Assembly: GCA_040182905.1 (NCBI GenBank)
Contig: JARQWU010000097.1
Location: forward strand, 1-33,443
Reading direction: 5' to 3'
Origin: Barthelona sp. PAP020
Lineage: Eukaryota
DNA: 33,443 nucleotides
The position numbers were made by a program, and so were the translations under genes. A model generated the notes under the pieces. The model was not told the DNA's origin and searched no databases. It saw nothing but the letters and a program-made list of their open reading frames with translations. Numbering within the stretch: position 1 is the first letter of the stretch; each line of letters starts with the position of its first letter. This document shows, in pieces, positions 1 to 9,428 of the stretch.

Positions 1-1
1 G

Positions 2-106
2 CAATCAAACAAAATAATATTAGCCATTATCACAAATGAAGGTATTGAAATGACAGATATTATTGAATTGAAGAGAAAATTCCATGGAGTTCATCTGTTA
101 GAGTAA
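2..106 (+). CDS. Probable 3' end of a gene truncated by the window edge (unknown product)
   Basis: Frame is open from base 2 (QSNKIILAIITNEGIEMTDIIELKRKFHGVHLLE) to TAA at 104-106. It is only 34 codons with no recognisable motif. Confidence 0.35.
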   Translation, partial: QSNKIILAIITNEGIEMTDIIELKRKFHGVHLLE

Positions 107-659
107 ATTTTTGTGTTTTATAAATGTTGTAATTTTTTGTTGGGATATTGTGCAAAAATTTATTTGAAACTTTCAAATTAGACGAACAAACAAAAAACCT
201 TGATTTTCTTTATTTCATCTTGTTCACTCAACAATCCAATAGTTCAAATAGTTTTTTGAGTTACTTAAATGTTGTTATACTTGTGTAAATTTCAAATATT
301 TGAGTATTGTGGTACCTTTTTGGCAATTAAAAAATTTTCTCAGAACAATTTGAAAATTTTTTTTGTTTGAGGCAAAACTTTGAATGGACAAAAGGTGACA
401 AGGAGTGACCTTCAATTTGTTGTAACAAATATTTTCTGTATCATGAGTAGTTGTTTGCTAAAAATACATTGTAAAAAGAACTATTCGGTTTATTTGATTA
501 ACACACAAAAAGAAAAAGGAGCAAAACATCAATAATAGATAGAAATCAACCAAAAAAAGACTTCTGAATTTCAATTTTCTACATTCTATGATATCTACTT
601 GATATTTTCACTCCTGATTCAAAAAATATATTTGAAAGTGCAAGTAAAAGAAAATATTT

Positions 660-1556
660 TCATTTATGACAAGGAGGCTTCAATTCATCTGGTAAAAAGG
701 GTGAAGGAGCATTTTGATCTAAATTTATTTGGGCATCAATAACATAACCATGTGGTTTAACTCTTTTCATTCTTGCTAAACAACACCTAAGCGGTATTGA
801 TTCACCAAAATCATACTCACAATATTTTTCCAAAACATCTTTGGCATCGATTGTTGCAGTATTTCTTCTTTTCTTTTTATTTCTTATATATTTGCTGTTG
901 AATATTGTTGCATGTAATGTAGGATCTTCTTTAGGATGTGGTGGTAAATATGGAGCAAGATATTCATATAAAATATCTAAAACTTCATAAATAAAGGTGG
1001 TTACAGAATTTTTAACGGGTTTTAACCATAAAACTCGGGTTTTTTTGTGATTTTCTTGAAAAGTCTTGAACCCTTTTAATTTGATAGGATCCTCAACACA
1101 ATTTTCAAAAATCTGTTTAATAATGGGTTCTAACCCTTCAAAAATGTCTTTTACAATACATATTTCTTCAAAAGGAATGGATGCCATGCTGATGGTAATA
1201 TGTGAACTTTCTTTGTCCATTTGAGCTTGAATATCAAATCCGTCATGTTGTTCCAATTCTTTACTTAATAAATCTAATGCATCTTGCCACATATCTAAAT
1301 TATCAATCATAATACAAAAGAAATGTGTGAAATTGGTCCTGGCCTCTTTAGATTGCTTAATTTTTTCAGATTCTTTAACATCCTTTGAATTTTGCATATT
1401 TTCAGGCTCAATCATTTCTTTTTTTTCTGTTGAACTTGGGGTATTTTGTACAAAATTTGAACCAACATTATCATTAATAAATTTCTTCGATCTTCGAAAA
1501 TTAACTCCATCAATGGAAATAATTGATGTCTTTGGATCATCTACAGCGTCAAACAT
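660..1556 (-). CDS. 2H phosphoesterase, ASCC1/AKAP7 (AKAP7_NLS)-like
   Basis: 298 aa with the 'FTHFFCI' strand and two HxT motifs (SHITISM, LHATIFNSKY) typical of ASCC1/AKAP7 2H domains. No KH domain is evident. Confidence 0.8.
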   Translation of the reverse strand: MFDAVDDPKTSIISIDGVNFRRSKKFINDNVGSNFVQNTPSSTEKKEMIEPENMQNSKDVKESEKIKQSKEARTNFTHFFCIMIDNLDMWQDALDLLSKELEQHDGFDIQAQMDKESSHITISMASIPFEEICIVKDIFEGLEPIIKQIFENCVEDPIKLKGFKTFQENHKKTRVLWLKPVKNSVTTFIYEVLDILYEYLAPYLPPHPKEDPTLHATIFNSKYIRNKKKRRNTATIDAKDVLEKYCEYDFGESIPLRCCLARMKRVKPHGYVIDAQINLDQNAPSPFLPDELKPPCHK

Positions 1557-1612
1557 ATTCCAAAAAAAAAAAATATTGACACAAGTACTTTTTCCTTCTT
1601 ACTGTGTTGAAG

Positions 1613-1861
1613 ATGTTGCGACTTTTATCCATATTATTAATCATATCTATAGGAATGTGTCATGTTAAAGAATATGAAAGTATCGACACACTATTTCCTG
1701 AATTGACTGTGAATGATTTTAAAGCTGAAACACCTTTGACTGAAACAACGACTACAGATATTCAAACATTTCAAATGGCATTTTGGATACCAATTTTACT
1801 TGTAATAATAATGTTTTTTTCCATATTTGTTTTTTGGCAAATGGATAAGAACGAAAATTGA
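1613..1861 (+). CDS. Small signal-peptide + single-TM protein, resembling the ATP6AP2/(pro)renin-receptor C-terminal TM segment
   Basis: First ATG is 1613 (82 aa). Hydrophobic N-terminus MLRLLSILLIISIGMC and C-terminal DIQTFQMAFWIPILLVIIMFFSIFVFWQMD. It fits exactly between the neighbouring genes. Confidence 0.6.
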   Translation: MLRLLSILLIISIGMCHVKEYESIDTLFPELTVNDFKAETPLTETTTTDIQTFQMAFWIPILLVIIMFFSIFVFWQMDKNEN

Positions 1862-1886
1862 CAAAACAATAAAATAATTTGATATT

Positions 1887-2816
1887 TTATTTTTCATTTA
1901 TATTTACATAAAGAGGATTGACCAGTAATCTTTTCCCATGAAATTCCCCCAAATCCAACCAAGGAGGAAAAATCAAAAATGTTTGTTCGCTAAAACCATC
2001 TTTAAAGTTTGAATTTTCTTGATATTCAGAACGTTTAATGCAAATGATTAACTTTTCATTTGTTAACAACTTTATTTTAGCAAAATTCTCAATTTTTTTG
2101 CACTCAAACGTGAAAGGTTCAACTTCCAATTGTGTTTCAACCTTATGATGCTCAACTAACGCTTCAATTCCCAAAGTGCGTATTTCATTCAATAGAGATT
2201 CCCGATTACTTTTGGTTTTTATAACTTTGAGCCTTAATTTTTCCAAAGGATCCACATCATGACCTTTTGGGGTAAAAATAGATCTAATCGAATAAGTATT
2301 GTCAATGGAAGGAGTTCCTTCAATTGAAGATAAACTTTCCTCATCACTATTTGAATTAGATGGTCTATGATTGTTAAATTGACTCAATTGACTGCTAAAA
2401 AAGGCACCTGTATCTGATTCAATCGTTTCAAAACGAAACAAATCAAGTTGCTTGCTATGATTAGGTGACACATTGTTTTGTTGTTTATTATCACTAATTC
2501 TAGTGGTTTTATTGAAAGGTAAACGCAATGAAAAATGACCAAAAGGTTGAGATGATATATCTTTGGAAGTTGGTGTGTCTAATTCATCAACTGATTCAAT
2601 TGATGATTCTATTTGATCAGAACTATCAGATGGTAAATTTACATATCGGTTCGAAAGATTTTGATTAATTTCAATTATTTCTTCTTCTTGCTGTTGAATT
2701 TGTGAAGGAATTATGTCATTCGTAGACATTAACAACAAAGGAGGTGATATTTGAAACGAATCATCATCCGTAGTGGAATCTATTGGTTCATCCTGTCGAA
2801 ATGGATTTTGAAACAT
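1887..2816 (-). CDS. Hypothetical protein: disordered S/D/E-rich N-terminus and a folded C-terminal domain (weak SPIDR/DUF4502-like 'IFPPW' motif)
   Basis: 309-aa ORF in AT-rich DNA. The family guess rests only on the LIFPPW...LLVN motif. Confidence 0.65.
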   Translation of the reverse strand: MFQNPFRQDEPIDSTTDDDSFQISPPLLLMSTNDIIPSQIQQQEEEIIEINQNLSNRYVNLPSDSSDQIESSIESVDELDTPTSKDISSQPFGHFSLRLPFNKTTRISDNKQQNNVSPNHSKQLDLFRFETIESDTGAFFSSQLSQFNNHRPSNSNSDEESLSSIEGTPSIDNTYSIRSIFTPKGHDVDPLEKLRLKVIKTKSNRESLLNEIRTLGIEALVEHHKVETQLEVEPFTFECKKIENFAKIKLLTNEKLIICIKRSEYQENSNFKDGFSEQTFLIFPPWLDLGEFHGKRLLVNPLYVNINEK

Positions 2817-2896
2817 GGTAGAATTTCCAGATTCTTAACTCATAGATTTGATATTTCAAAGGAATGAAAAAAAGATATTTTTTTTTTAATTTATTA

Positions 2897-3847
2897 ATGA
2901 GTTCTCCATCGATCAGAACCAGAAAAAAAACATTAAACGATCAATTGGATACAGATTTTTCACAATTGAAATATACAATTACTTCAAGATATCATACTTT
3001 AGATAATCTTCGAAAAGTTCGTGTTAAACACTGGATTAATTCTTTGTCACAACCTTTAATTTCTCCTGAATGGAAAAAGAACAGAAATGCATATGCAAGA
3101 TTGTTGTTAAATCAATTATGTGAATTTGATCATTTAGAGCAACCTTTTTCACATTTACCCCCAGCAGGGCCATTAACTATGTTACCAACATATGTAAAAG
3201 TGTCTATCCCAACACAAGAAGAAGTGATGAGCAAATCTTCTGAATCCTTTTTTAAAAATTCTGAAGCAACCAAAAAAGGTGTTACTGCGTCACCATTCAG
3301 TCCAAGAAGAAATTCACCACTTCGAAATTCTTCTTCAAAGATCAGTCCTAGAAGAAGCACTCCAAAGAAATCGAGATTTGAAAATTCCCAATTTTTTAAA
3401 ACTGGAAACTTTGATTTAAACAAGACAATGTACTCTCCATCTATTCAAAATCAAGTTTTTCCTTCTCCTAAAACTGAGGAGGAGATTGATGCAGCAAAAG
3501 AAAAAGAATTTGATTCCAATGTTGAAAAAGAAGTTAAAGTTCTCAATAATGAAGCTGATAATGAGATATTACCTTTATTTTATGAATTTTTTGAATTGCT
3601 GAAAGATCAGACAAAGAAAAATGAAGATTTGGAACAAAAGAACACACAGTTGGAGAAAAGAATTGTTGATTTGGAAAAATTAGTGTCCAAATTGATTTAT
3701 AACGTTGAATCACCAAGTAGATTAACCAATATTACTGAGTATGCAGACAATGATATAATAGAAGTTGACGTTTCTGAAGCAGATGAAAATGATTTTAATT
3801 CCATGAACGAAACCAATGATGCTCTTCATTTTGACGATTTAGAATAG
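2897..3847 (+). CDS. DUF4485 (CEP112 N-terminal-like) coiled-coil protein
   Basis: LDTDF...WINSL...WKKNRNAYARLLL...LEQPFSHLPPAGPLTMLP matches the DUF4485 pattern. ATG 2897 (MSSPSIR) is preferred over 2864, whose extension runs through A/T tracts. Confidence 0.8.
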   Translation: MSSPSIRTRKKTLNDQLDTDFSQLKYTITSRYHTLDNLRKVRVKHWINSLSQPLISPEWKKNRNAYARLLLNQLCEFDHLEQPFSHLPPAGPLTMLPTYVKVSIPTQEEVMSKSSESFFKNSEATKKGVTASPFSPRRNSPLRNSSSKISPRRSTPKKSRFENSQFFKTGNFDLNKTMYSPSIQNQVFPSPKTEEEIDAAKEKEFDSNVEKEVKVLNNEADNEILPLFYEFFELLKDQTKKNEDLEQKNTQLEKRIVDLEKLVSKLIYNVESPSRLTNITEYADNDIIEVDVSEADENDFNSMNETNDALHFDDLE

Positions 3848-3936
3848 ATTGTATTATTTTTTCCCCTATTTATGAATAAATTTTGACAAATTTGTTTTTA
3901 CTTTTCTCCAAAAAGATTTTTTTTTGATTTAAAAGA

Positions 3937-4719
3937 ATGGAAGAATTTAAAGAGTTGAGTGATGCATTAAATGTGTATTTACAAAATCATGAAATTGATG
4001 AATCTGATCAACTTGAAGATTTGTTGAAAAGAGTTGATGAAAGTGACATCACTTTTGAAATTGCAAAATCAGTCGGCGTTGCAAAGTATTTGTTACAAAT
4101 AGCCAAACACAAACAACAAAATTCTAATGTAATGAATGCAAGACAAATTTTGATAAAATTTCGAAATACCAAGCCAACTTTGGAGATATATCCTCCACTT
4201 TTATCAGAAATTGATGTCTATATACCACAAAGAGAAGTTTTTATCAATCTTTTAGTCAAAAAAATTGAAACAAATTTATCTAAGTTCTACACTTTCTCAA
4301 AAGAAGATTTAAATATATGTATAAAAGCTTTAGAGAAAGAAGTATTTGAATTTCACGGAGGTTTTGTTAGTGAAGCTTACAATATTCAAACTAGGGGGTT
4401 GACTCATGTTTTACCGAAGAATATCCCTTTGGTTGTTGATTTTTTGAAAGGTAATTTGACTTCTGCTTCCATTGTGACCAAAGATGTTAAAGAACTATTG
4501 ACTGAAGATGAAAGAAAGACTCTTGAAGCAATCAAAAAAAAAGTTGAAGAAAATTCAATGTTTAGAGAATTTTCAAACATGGCAACAACAGACCAAGAAC
4601 CTTGTCCCAGATGCAAAAGCAGAAATGTTCGATTTGAAGAAAAACAGACAAGATCTGCTGATGAACCAATGACCGTCACCTATCAATGTCAAGAATGCAA
4701 TAAACGTTGGCGGAGATAG
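3937..4719 (+). CDS. TFIIS: Transcription elongation factor TFIIS
   Basis: C-terminal Zn ribbon CPRC...QTRSADEPMTVTYQCQEC with the catalytic DE pair. Domains I and II are present by length and pattern. Confidence 0.95.
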   Translation: MEEFKELSDALNVYLQNHEIDESDQLEDLLKRVDESDITFEIAKSVGVAKYLLQIAKHKQQNSNVMNARQILIKFRNTKPTLEIYPPLLSEIDVYIPQREVFINLLVKKIETNLSKFYTFSKEDLNICIKALEKEVFEFHGGFVSEAYNIQTRGLTHVLPKNIPLVVDFLKGNLTSASIVTKDVKELLTEDERKTLEAIKKKVEENSMFREFSNMATTDQEPCPRCKSRNVRFEEKQTRSADEPMTVTYQCQECNKRWRR

Positions 4720-4802
4720 TATAAAAGCCTTAAATAATTTGACAAAATATATATGCAGTGCTTTCAGGAATAAATTTTTTTTTCTTTTTTTAATTAGAAA
4801 CA

Positions 4803-5630
4803 ATGGCGAGTATTCAAGTAATAAGAAAAAACAAAAACGGCAAACAAGAAAAAAGAATTGTGAAATCTGTCGATGAAGCAATTAAAGAAATTGAATTAAC
4901 AAAACCAAGAACTTCATGCACTTGTATGGGACAAAGACATCAATTTATTGGAAATTGTACAAATTGTGGGAGAATTATTTGTGAAAAAGAAGGATTTGGT
5001 CCATGTTTTACTTGTGGAAAACAAGTTGGTGAAGGTGGTGAACAGAGAGAAATGCTCAGTGATTTACAAAAAGCTACGAACTTCAGAAATAAATTGCTTT
5101 CCTATCAAGAAAGAATTGCAGAAAGAACTCAAGTTATTGACGATCAATATGATATTGTTGCTTCAAGTTCTCTTCAAAAATGGATGACGGAGGAGGAACA
5201 AGATGAGTTAGATGATAGGAAAAATCACATGCCAAAAATGGTGTATGATATAGATGAGGGATTTATTGTAGATGTTGAAGCTGAATACAGAGAGTCTGCT
5301 GATGATAATTCGAAGGAAAAGCGTCTTAAGGTTCAAAATTTAAAACCCGTTAAAGGAAAAAAAAAGATCAGTTTGAAGAAAAGAACTGACAGCAATTTAG
5401 TACAGGCCATTAAAAAACATGAAGAATTAAAACAAACAAACATAACTAAAACTGATAAAACTGATGAAAATCAATCAAATATGGTTGCTTTGGAAGATGA
5501 TCTGTTTCAATTTGTTGAAGCCGAAGATAGCATTCAGTATGAAAGTATTTTTGGAATGGATTTGTTGGTCGGTGGAATAGTCACTGATAATGTTTTAGTC
5601 TGGGATTACAATTTCTTCGAACAATTCTGA
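4803..5630 (+). CDS. TRIP4: TRIP4/ASC-1/Rqt4-like C2HC5 zinc-finger protein
   Basis: CTCMGQRH...NCTNCGRIICEKEGFGPCFTCG followed by RNKLLSYQ...ERTQVIDDQYD. No ASCH domain is seen. Confidence 0.88.
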   Translation: MASIQVIRKNKNGKQEKRIVKSVDEAIKEIELTKPRTSCTCMGQRHQFIGNCTNCGRIICEKEGFGPCFTCGKQVGEGGEQREMLSDLQKATNFRNKLLSYQERIAERTQVIDDQYDIVASSSLQKWMTEEEQDELDDRKNHMPKMVYDIDEGFIVDVEAEYRESADDNSKEKRLKVQNLKPVKGKKKISLKKRTDSNLVQAIKKHEELKQTNITKTDKTDENQSNMVALEDDLFQFVEAEDSIQYESIFGMDLLVGGIVTDNVLVWDYNFFEQF

Positions 5631-6023
5631 AGTTGAAGAATATTCAAATAAATAGTTGTAAACATTTTCTTTTTGAAAGAAACATGAGTGTTTTTTAAAT
5701 ATCAATTGAATGGGCTTTGTAATTTTCTTTGTAGTCTGCTTTTCAAATTGGTATTACATTTGAATTTCAAGCAAATCTGAAAGAACAAAGAAACAATGTT
5801 ACATCAAATGTAATGAAATTATCTTTGAACAAAGTTAGCTCCAGAAATTGAAATTAAATTTGAACAGAGAAAACATTTGATAAACACAACAAATTTGAAA
5901 CACTTTCTTGTTCTTCTTTTTCTATTGATTCAAACAAACTATCTTAATGATCTTTATGTTATTTGAAGAAAAAAATTAAAGCGCTCAAATTATTTAAGTT
6001 TCGACAATTTCTTATTTGTCCTC

Positions 6024-6944
6024 ATGTCAATCATCGAAAGGTTTGAACAACACCCTTTTTTTACAGAGCGTCTTTATGATACACAAGTTTATGCTTTAGA
6101 TTACAGTTGTGATGGAAGGTTTTTTGCTTTTGCCGGATTTGATTCTCGTAGAAACAAACAGATGTCGAATTTAAAAATTTATAATGCTGAAACACATGAA
6201 ATTATTTACGAAAAGCAATGCTTAAACGCTGGTGGTCTAGCTTTCAGTCCAGATTCAAAATTTTTAGTCGTCGGGGGTGATGGCCCATTAATTCACATAA
6301 TCGAAGTAGAAACTTGGGAAACATTGCATAAAATCGATAATTTATCGGACAGCGTTCTGCAAATATCATTTTCACCAGATTCTAATTTGTTTTTCTTTGG
6401 TATGAAAGATGGTTCTATTGGAATTTATGATATCAAAGGACAGAGAGTAAATCAATTTAAACCACACACAAACTCAGTAAGATGTGTTCGAGTAAGTCCC
6501 AATATGAAATATTTTGCTTCTGTCAGTCGTGATGGAACTTCAAAATTATTTGCTTTTGACTCTTTTACAGAGGTATTTTGTTGGAATCATGATCTCTGTC
6601 GAGTTGAATCTGGTGCTTTTTCCACCAACGGAAATTATTGGGGAACTGGTGACATGATTGGTGCAATCAGAATATTTGAAGTCGAAACAAGAACGCTTGT
6701 CCACAAATACAAAGTTCATGAAAGCTATGTCACATCATTAGCGTTTTCAGTTGACGATTCTCTGATGTATTCTTGTTCTCTGTTTGGCAACATTATTGTA
6801 AACAAAACTAAAACTGGTGAAATATTGCAGAAAATTTCGGTTAATTGTATGCTCTATATTATGGCTCTTCATCCCAACGGAACACGATTATTAGCCAGTG
6901 GTGAAGGACCGACAGATGTTTTGGAATTTGAAGCTTCATCATGA
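6024..6944 (+). CDS. Stand-alone WD40 beta-propeller, paralogue of the WD40 domain of the 16031-18235 kinase
   Basis: About 7 repeats with FSPD/FSTNG/LHPNG motifs. Aligns end to end with the C-terminal ~300 aa of the kinase-WD40 protein. Confidence 0.9.
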   Translation: MSIIERFEQHPFFTERLYDTQVYALDYSCDGRFFAFAGFDSRRNKQMSNLKIYNAETHEIIYEKQCLNAGGLAFSPDSKFLVVGGDGPLIHIIEVETWETLHKIDNLSDSVLQISFSPDSNLFFFGMKDGSIGIYDIKGQRVNQFKPHTNSVRCVRVSPNMKYFASVSRDGTSKLFAFDSFTEVFCWNHDLCRVESGAFSTNGNYWGTGDMIGAIRIFEVETRTLVHKYKVHESYVTSLAFSVDDSLMYSCSLFGNIIVNKTKTGEILQKISVNCMLYIMALHPNGTRLLASGEGPTDVLEFEASS

Positions 6945-7071
6945 TTTTTTTTTTTTTTTTTTTTGAATATTGAAGGTCATTTCATGATCAACTGATAAAT
7001 TTGGCATCTGGTTATCGTTTCTTTTTCAAGTTCGTTGTATTAAGAAAAAAAATATTAAACAATTTATTTGA

Positions 7072-9174
7072 CTAATTCTCGCTATCTGAACCATCATCAT
7101 CTGAGCTATCGGATGCATACTTCTCATCATCCACATCATCATCACTATCATATGGTTGAAGAACAACGCCACTGTTTCCTGTGATTTCAGGCTCTTTCTT
7201 TGTATCTTCCATGGCAAAACGCTGTTCTCTGATACGATTTCGATGAGAATGTTTATCATGAATGTCAGACATAATGAGTTGACTTTCAACTTGATCTTTT
7301 CTTTCTTGAATTTCTCTTAAATATGAATTAAAGACCTTTTGATCATCTACTACTTTTTTCCTTCTCGATCTTTCTTTTCTGGAGAGTTTTTCCTTAACAT
7401 CGCTTTCTAAAGCATAATCCATTTTCTTTACTTCAAATAACTCTTCTTCAGACTCATTCTCTTCATCAGAATCATCATCAAACCCAGAATTGACTTGAAG
7501 CTGTGAACTTTTTGCCTGTACAATAGGCTTCAACATTTTAGCGATTCTAGTACCACGTTCATAGGACTCAACATCAGTTTTCTCTGCTTTTTCTGAACTG
7601 TTTTCGGCAAATGCTATCTTTGATTCAATCATTCCTCTTTCATTCTCTTCTTCATCCGTAGCCCAATTTCTTGCAGTACCGCGCTTGTTGATAACTTTCA
7701 TAGCACCTGCAACCTTTGGTGCCTTTAATAACCCGTAGCTTTTAGCCAAAGCTTTCAAATTTAACTGTGTAGTGTCTGAATATATGGGACGTAATCCAAC
7801 AGATCTGAAATAACTGACGATTGCTTTTTGAGCCATCTCTTTCATCTCTGTATTTTGAAATATTAATGCCTGTAAAACCTCACTAATATCCAACAACCTG
7901 TGTCTATTAATTTCAGTCGATTTTAAAGGAATATTCAGGTCCCTTAATTTTCGATGAAAGTCCAACTCAAACGGTTCCAAAAACAACAAAGCCTTACCAT
8001 CACCATATAATCTAGCAGTTCTTCCAACACGATGAATGTAATCATCGGTAGAACCTGGACAATCTACTTGAACAACCCATTCAACATCATCAAAATCAAG
8101 ACCTCTAGCCGCAACATCTGTACAAAATAAAACTCCACGCTTATCACTCCTAAATTTTTCATACATGTGATTACGTTTCCCTTGCTTCATTGTACCATGA
8201 ATATGTGATAAAGGAATACCAGGTCTCAATTGACAAAATGCTTCAAATACAAATCGAACTTGTTTTACTGAAGCTAAAAAGACTATAACTTTTGTGTTCA
8301 AATGCATTTTAATGAAAGAAAAAAGCACATTTAATTTCTCCTCAGCAGAAACCACCATAAACCTTTGAACTAACCCTTGTGGAGTCTCAACCTTTAAGTC
8401 TCCATGAACAGGAATGTATTCAGGGTTGTTAAATCCAAGTTTAGCAAACTGATGTATACCCTTTGATAAAGTGGCTGAAAATAACAAAGTCTGACGTTGT
8501 ACAGGCAAATGATCCATAATTGCCAATAAAGTGGGCATAAAACCCATATCAAAACACTGATCAGCCTCGTCGATAACAAGCATTTGAAGATTATCAACAG
8601 AAAATCCATAAGTCTCATCTAAATGGTGTAATAACCTACCAGGTGTAGCTATAAGTATATTCATTGAATGAATTCTTTGTGCTTCTTCTAAATGAGATTT
8701 ACCTCCTGTTATTAATCCACAACTAAAGTCATGATATTTAGCAACAGCATCAATTTCATAAAAAACTTGTAAAGCTAACTCTCTATTGGGGGTAATTACA
8801 ATACCACCTAAACCATCTTCTCTTGTCCACCTTTGACGAAACAACCGTTCAACCAAAGGAATTAAATATGATAAAGTTTTTCCTGTTCCAGTCTTTGCAG
8901 ATGCAATGACATCCTTTCCAGACAAAGAATAAGGAATAGTTGCTTTTTGAACATCAGTTAATTTTTTGTAATTCTCTTCCTTTAATCCTTTCAATGTGAA
9001 AGGTGATATTGGTAATTGACTAAATTTAATTGGCTGAGTTTGTGGAATGTCATCTTCGTCGACATCTTTTCTTCGAATAGGCAAACTAAGGATCGACGTT
9101 CCACTTTCAGGTGTTTCTTTTTCAATGCGCTCTTTTAGATTTTCAACCAACTGTTCAAGCTCAGAACGTTTCAT
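7072..9174 (-). CDS. DBP4: DEAD-box RNA helicase DBP4/DDX10
   Basis: AKTGTGKT, TPNRELA, ATPGRL, DEAD, SAT, ARGLD and HRVGRTAR motifs, plus the Dbp4-specific 'WTREDGLG' and 'KQVRFVFEAFCQLRPGIPL'. First ATG is 9174. Confidence 0.95.
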   Translation of the reverse strand: MKRSELEQLVENLKERIEKETPESGTSILSLPIRRKDVDEDDIPQTQPIKFSQLPISPFTLKGLKEENYKKLTDVQKATIPYSLSGKDVIASAKTGTGKTLSYLIPLVERLFRQRWTREDGLGGIVITPNRELALQVFYEIDAVAKYHDFSCGLITGGKSHLEEAQRIHSMNILIATPGRLLHHLDETYGFSVDNLQMLVIDEADQCFDMGFMPTLLAIMDHLPVQRQTLLFSATLSKGIHQFAKLGFNNPEYIPVHGDLKVETPQGLVQRFMVVSAEEKLNVLFSFIKMHLNTKVIVFLASVKQVRFVFEAFCQLRPGIPLSHIHGTMKQGKRNHMYEKFRSDKRGVLFCTDVAARGLDFDDVEWVVQVDCPGSTDDYIHRVGRTARLYGDGKALLFLEPFELDFHRKLRDLNIPLKSTEINRHRLLDISEVLQALIFQNTEMKEMAQKAIVSYFRSVGLRPIYSDTTQLNLKALAKSYGLLKAPKVAGAMKVINKRGTARNWATDEEENERGMIESKIAFAENSSEKAEKTDVESYERGTRIAKMLKPIVQAKSSQLQVNSGFDDDSDEENESEEELFEVKKMDYALESDVKEKLSRKERSRRKKVVDDQKVFNSYLREIQERKDQVESQLIMSDIHDKHSHRNRIREQRFAMEDTKKEPEITGNSGVVLQPYDSDDDVDDEKYASDSSDDDGSDSEN

Positions 9175-9388
9175 AATCAAAAATGTAAAAAAAATTGAAG
9201 AAGAATAAACTCCAATGTTCCACTTTTTTTATTTGATCAACTCATAAGAATCCAAAAAAATCATCAAACAATAAATTTACAAAGAAAAAAAAACATTGAA
9301 AAATTCTTCAACTTTTCTTCAATTGCCCAAATAATAAAATTATTCACCTCTCACATTTTATTTTTGATATCTAAAAAAATTAATTTAA

Positions 9389-9394
9389 TTGACA
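9389..9394 (+). promoter_or_regulatory. Candidate core-promoter motif TTGACA (representative copy, upstream of NOP56)
   Basis: The same hexamer lies on the sense strand 31-58 nt before five start codons (copies at 1576, 3883, 4739, 9389 and 32811 on the minus strand). Confidence 0.45.
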
Positions 9395-9428
9395 ATAAAA
9401 AAAAAATAAGAAATATTTTTCTACCAAA

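Noticed and set aside
5753..5814. 11-bp inverted repeat attacatttga/tcaaatgtaat
   Set aside because: An isolated stem of this length with a 40-nt spacer is expected by chance at this AT content.
6945..6964. T20 run immediately after the WD40 stop as a retrogene tail
   Set aside because: It is poly-T on the sense strand, not poly-A. There is no TSD, and homopolymers are frequent in this window.
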